Positions 59,441 to 64,000 of a DNA stretch of 64,000 nt are shown one piece after another. Numbering within the stretch: position 1 is the stretch's first letter; the number at the start of each line of letters is the position of its first letter. Both the position numbers and the translations under genes were made by a program. The DNA lies in contig QPGO01000013.1 in NCBI GenBank assembly GCA_008632985.1, positions 496,001-560,000 of the forward strand, written 5' to 3'. Source of the stretch: Psammoneis japonica (lineage: Eukaryota). The notes beneath the pieces are model-generated. The model worked only from the letters and a program-made list of their open reading frames with translations, did not search any database and was not told the DNA's origin.

Positions 59441-62400
59441 GATTCTGAAGACCAGACAACACAGGCCAACACAGCCTCTACTCTCTAGAGTGTCAAAGCT
59501 GGAGTCCTGCAGGTTGGCACACAAGAAAACGTGCAGTGCTCTACCAGCAGGAATGTCAAAGCAGCTGTGGTGGCACTCTCCTTGCTGCTGCTCCCTCTCA
59601 CCTCCTCATGTCTTGCACTGTGGCATTTTGCAAAAAAGCACGCTCTGACGATGCGACTGTTCAGCTGCACAACAGTGGAGTTAGAAGCAAACTGTGGAGG
59701 CATTTCAACCACCTGTGAGTCCCACAGGACAATGCTGAAGAACAGCCCAAGCTGCTGGCGTGGGGGCAGGGTTGGGGCTCTGAGCAGCTCATTTCAAATG
59801 CCTGCCTCATGATGTGAAACTGATCTTTTTCCCAAAGAAGCCAGGTGGAGAGAAAACAGCACTTTGTGCAGGCTTTTGTTGGGCAACAGCAGCATTAAAC
59901 AGAGCTGACTGCAACAGCCAAAACATGGGCTGTGTGCCATTCTGACATTGTTTTTCTTTGTGCTCTGTCAACCATGCCACCTTGACATTGTTCTTCTCTG
60001 TGTTCCTTTCCTTTTGTCAAAAAAAATCTGCAGCAGTTGTCTGGTGGTGCAACAATCTGACAATGCATTTTTTGTTTTCATTTTAAAATTTCTTGCACGC
60101 TGTGATGCAAATCTTGGTTCTCTGATTCAATTGTTTTTGTCGTGTCGCACACAAGAAAATTCAAATGCAATGAGCACACGGATGATGTTCCTGACAATTT
60201 CAAGTGCAACACTTGGTTGCTTTTCACTGTGCAACAAATTGCTTTCTGTTCTCATTCTGACTTTCAAAGGACATCCTGTCTTCAATGAATTTTTTGTTGT
60301 TGAAACTGTGAGTTGAACTCCAGTCATTTTTGCTGCTGTCATCATGTGCTGCTTGCCAGCAAATGCTGCCACTCTGCTGCCTGTGTGGTCATGTGCTCCT
60401 TGTCCACTGCTGTGAGTTGTCACTTGCTTGGCCTGCTTGCGTGGAAGTGGCTGCAGTTGTCTGCAGGTGCTGCTCCTGGAGTCTCTTCCTCTGAATTCCC
60501 ATGTGCATTGTCACCTCCCTCCACTTTCTCATTGCTGTTGCTCTGGCCAGTTTTTGGAGCAGCCCACCCCTTTGTTCTTTCCTTTTTCTTCCTCTTTCTT
60601 TTGTTGCCACATGCACTCTCTGACACTTCTTCATCTGCAGGCACTGTCCATTGACTCTGTTGCGCTCCTGGTCAGCTCCTTTCTCTCTTTTTCTGCTGCG
60701 TTGAACAACTCATTGCATCTGTTGATTCCACTCTGGTTCCATCCTTGATTTCTCTTTGCATTCTTCCTTTGAAAGGTGTGCTTGGGGGGGGGNNNNNGGG
60801 GGGGGGCAAAGGCTGTCTTGTTTCTTCCACTCTTCCATGTCTTTCTTCTCCTTGTGTTGTGGCTCCATTTCTGCTGTTGCTGCAGCTGTCTTGCAGTGAT
60901 TTTCATGCATTAGCCTGGCAAAAGTTTCTGTGCTTGTTGTCCTCAGCCAATTGCTGGTGTCTTGGTTTGCTGCCATCTCAAACTGCTCTGTTCCAGCTGC
61001 CATGGAGTGGCAGTTTTCTGAGAACCAGAAGTGCGTGCATGGCAACTCCCTGCCCTTTTTGAAGTTGTCAACAGCTTTTGGGCTGTCATCTCCAGCCAAA
61101 GCCAAGCAAGAACAAATGGGTGAGGAGCAGTCTTCTCCATTGCATTTCGACACCACCTGCATTGCATGCACCAACCATGTTTTTCCCAAAAACCTCCTGT
61201 CTGTTGTTTTGTCCCCAATTTGGTCTTTTCTTTGCTTCTCCTTCTTCTGTTCTTGCCAAACTGCACAGTCACTGTTGGCCATGTTGAGGTGTTTGCAAAC
61301 CGTTTTCTGCATTTTACTGCCAAAAGCCAACTTGACCTTGTCACATGTCATGAACTTGCTCTTTGGGTGCACTGCCATTGCAGTGCAGTCAGCTCTCATT
61401 TGACCATCCACAAACTTCCTTTTTCAGCTGCCTCTGAGCTGCTGACTGACATCCCTGCAATCTGCACATTGCGGGACCCCATCTCTGTGTGTCATGGGCA
61501 CTGACTGCAACCAAAAACACAACCTGTGTTGGCAGCCAAACCCACATCTGTCTCAGTGTTGCTTTCACCACAATGCATGCACCTGGTGAATTGTTTTTCA
61601 CCAACATGTTTGCCCATGCATTTCCACAGTGTTGTGTCCCCAAGATTTGTTTTTCAGCATTGACCGCAGGCCAATCGCACCTGCCAGCACAGTGTTGGCC
61701 TTTCTCTTTTTTTGCTTCTCCTCTTTGAGTGCCAAAATTTTCAAATGGCTCAGTTCACAACATCAATGCACACATCATGGCATTGTGTTTGAATGGCATT
61801 TTTTCCAATGCTGCAGCTCCACATCACATGTCCACAGTTGCATGCAACACACAAAGAACAACAACACTGCTGCTTTTTTCATGCCACATTTTTTCAAATG
61901 GGTTGCCAATTCAACAAATTTTCAGATGCTTTTGTCAATTCACTGAGTTCCAGCTCAGTCTCATTTGGGCTGAGGCTGTGCAACTAAAAGGAGCTGCAGT
62001 CATGCTGCTCCAAACCTGTGATCTTGGTTGGCTTGTGACGGGAACTTTCAGCACTTGGTTTGCTGTCTGGGACCCCATGCTCTTGGACCTTGCTCATCAT
62101 CTCTGACCCTTCTTCCTTGCTCATCTTGGCCCGTGTTGACCTGCAAACTTGGAACAAGTGCTTGAGACAAGGGTCCAATCCCATGTGATGTCCCTCCATT
62201 GCCAACTGGACACATGCACAGTGCACCCTCAATCCAATGAGTTTTTTCTCTTTGCAAAACACCATGTCTCCACTGACTGCAGGAGGAAACCAATCATTGA
62301 TCAGTTGGTTTTCCAACACCCTGTCATGTTTTTCCAGATGAACTGCATCTGTCATTGTTTGCTCATCCCTGATGTTGAATGGCTCCCACACATGTGGTGG

Positions 62401-64000
62401 CAGAGAGCACACACAAAATTCTTGGGAATCTGCAAGTCTTGTCTCCTGGCTTGCACCCAATCACTGTGGTGCAAGGCCGATGCTGCCAGGTGTGCAGCTG
62501 CTCCACCACTTTCTGTTTGCTGAAACTGAAGATCAAAGCATCTCTGTCCAGGTGTTCATCAAAATGGATGCATCTGTTTCTCACAAATGTTTCCAAAAAA
62601 TGCATCTCACCAGTGCTGTTGAAAGTCTTGCCATCTCACAGCAAAATGAAAATTGAATTTTTGATGGCCACAGCATGGCCCACTTTTGTCAAGCTCATGG
62701 TGTGAATGGAGTGGCATGAAACTTGCCATGCACTCTCTGTGCAACCACTGCACTGGCTCAGCAGGCCTGTGCTTGTGCGCCAAAGCAAACCTTGGATCAC
62801 CCATGTCACTGTGCATCTCTGTGCATGCATTGTCATCCACAATCACCTGTTGCAAAGTGTTTGTTGTGTGATGCCACATGCATTTCTTCACTTTGTCCAT
62901 TTTCAAAAGATTTTTGTGTCAAGACAAGAAAAAAAACATGGTGAACAAGGCTTTCTGATTGTGCCAGGTTTTCCAGCTCAGGCAATTGCAGGCATTGGGA
63001 ACAGCACCCTGGCAACTCTGCCACAGTTTGTTTTTTGATGTTGTTCATCACTCTCCAGTGACAACTTGGCATTGTTGTTCTCTGTTGTGTTTCTTTTGCA
63101 GTCCAGCTGCATTTTGCAATTGTGGTTTTGTTGCCAGAGGGGCAGCAGTCATGATTTTTGCCAAACTCAAAATTTTGGTGGGGGGGCAGCAGCCACACCA
63201 TTTGCTTGTTTGAAAAATGTGGTGTCTCAATTTTCATGATTGAGGTGCGTTGTTTGTGTGTTCTGCATTTTGTGCAATGAATGACATTGAACATTCAAAA
63301 CTGTGCTTTTTTGTGTCAAATGTTGCTCAAATGGTGCATGAAATTTTGATCATCATTCTTCATTGTGTCATTTAATTTCCATTGAATTTGTGGTTGAATG
63401 AAATGCACTGTTGCCAAAATTGGTGACCCACAATTTGTCATCACCCTTGGTGACAAAAGGAGAAACAACATCATCAAATGGTTTGGAAACAAATTCTTTG
63501 TTGTCCAGGTGTGCTGGCACTCTGAAACATCATTGGCAGCTGGCCAAATGGCAGTGTCATGAGAAAGATGTGGCTCTCACACTTGTGCCACTGCACGATT
63601 GGATCTCAGTGGCCAGGGATTGTGTTGCAAGTCCACAAGACAAATGTGGCATTGGAGTGAGATCCCGTTGCAACCATTTCAACAGGAGGAGGGGCAAAGG
63701 TGGCTGGAAGAGGCAATGGCATCACCTGATTCTTTGGATTCTCTTGTTTGCAGCTGTTTGCCATGAGCATCTGTCAACTCATTGCCTGAAACACCACAAA
63801 TGCATTGAGAAAAGGAGAGTTTGCAGAGCAAACAAGCTCTGAGGTGATGTTAAAGACCAATTGGGAGGAAACATTTGCCGCAAATGGGGCAATCATTTCC
63901 TGCGGCAAAGGAAGGCATCATTGTTCATGCTGCAAACAGAGTGAGATGGAGATGTGTGGGAAGCAAAAATGAACAAAATGTGAGCCATGTGGCAAAAGCA
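59390..64000. other. CpG/TpA-depleted degenerate domain 4 (runs off the window; 5-N gap at 60793-60797)
   Basis: Same signature; fragmentary minus-strand coding remnants I cannot name. Confidence 0.9.

Noticed and set aside
60784..60806. Poly-G tract as a G-quadruplex or element terminus
   Set aside because: It straddles an N gap, so its length and context are unreliable.
59390..64000. Bisulfite-type or strand-specific technical conversion
   Set aside because: Changes are strand-symmetric, context-specific, regional and include A/T->G/C. A read-level check is still advisable.
60700..64000. Plavaka-like or other named transposase in domain 4
   Set aside because: Fragments look coding, but I could not identify diagnostic motifs with confidence.

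Overview
Eukaryotic nuclear DNA, almost certainly from a pennate diatom (plastid-targeted GapC1 GAPDH, short GT-AG introns, bipartite plastid presequences). The window alternates between two sharply different compartments. Ordinary gene-rich DNA lies at ~1-1.4 kb, 16.1-36.1 kb, 40.2-42.5 kb and 52.1-59.4 kb. It holds GapC1, an atypical MAPK, two F-box proteins, a PDZ membrane protein, capping protein beta, an EF-hand membrane protein, an aldose-1-epimerase-family enzyme, a kinase and a SET protein. About 33 kb of degenerate, transposon-rich DNA lies at ~1.4-16.1, 36.1-40.2, 42.5-52.1 and 59.4-64 kb. There, both CpG and TpA have been largely converted to TpG/CpA. Duplicates inside the window show the direction directly (CG->TG/CA and TA->TG/CA). 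TA survives mainly in the YTAR context, so Tyr codons and GTA splice donors are erased. This looks like a chromatin-domain-targeted hypermutation system whose effect on TpA is opposite to fungal RIP, and it is the main candidate for an undescribed system. Also present: a 227-bp TIR element with a 9-bp TSD that may behave as an introner in a Crinkler-like gene, a reciprocally degraded two-gene tandem duplication, and fossil Crypton, piggyBac, Gypsy-like, ubiquitin-like and HNH sequences. All counts and alignments were made by eye.
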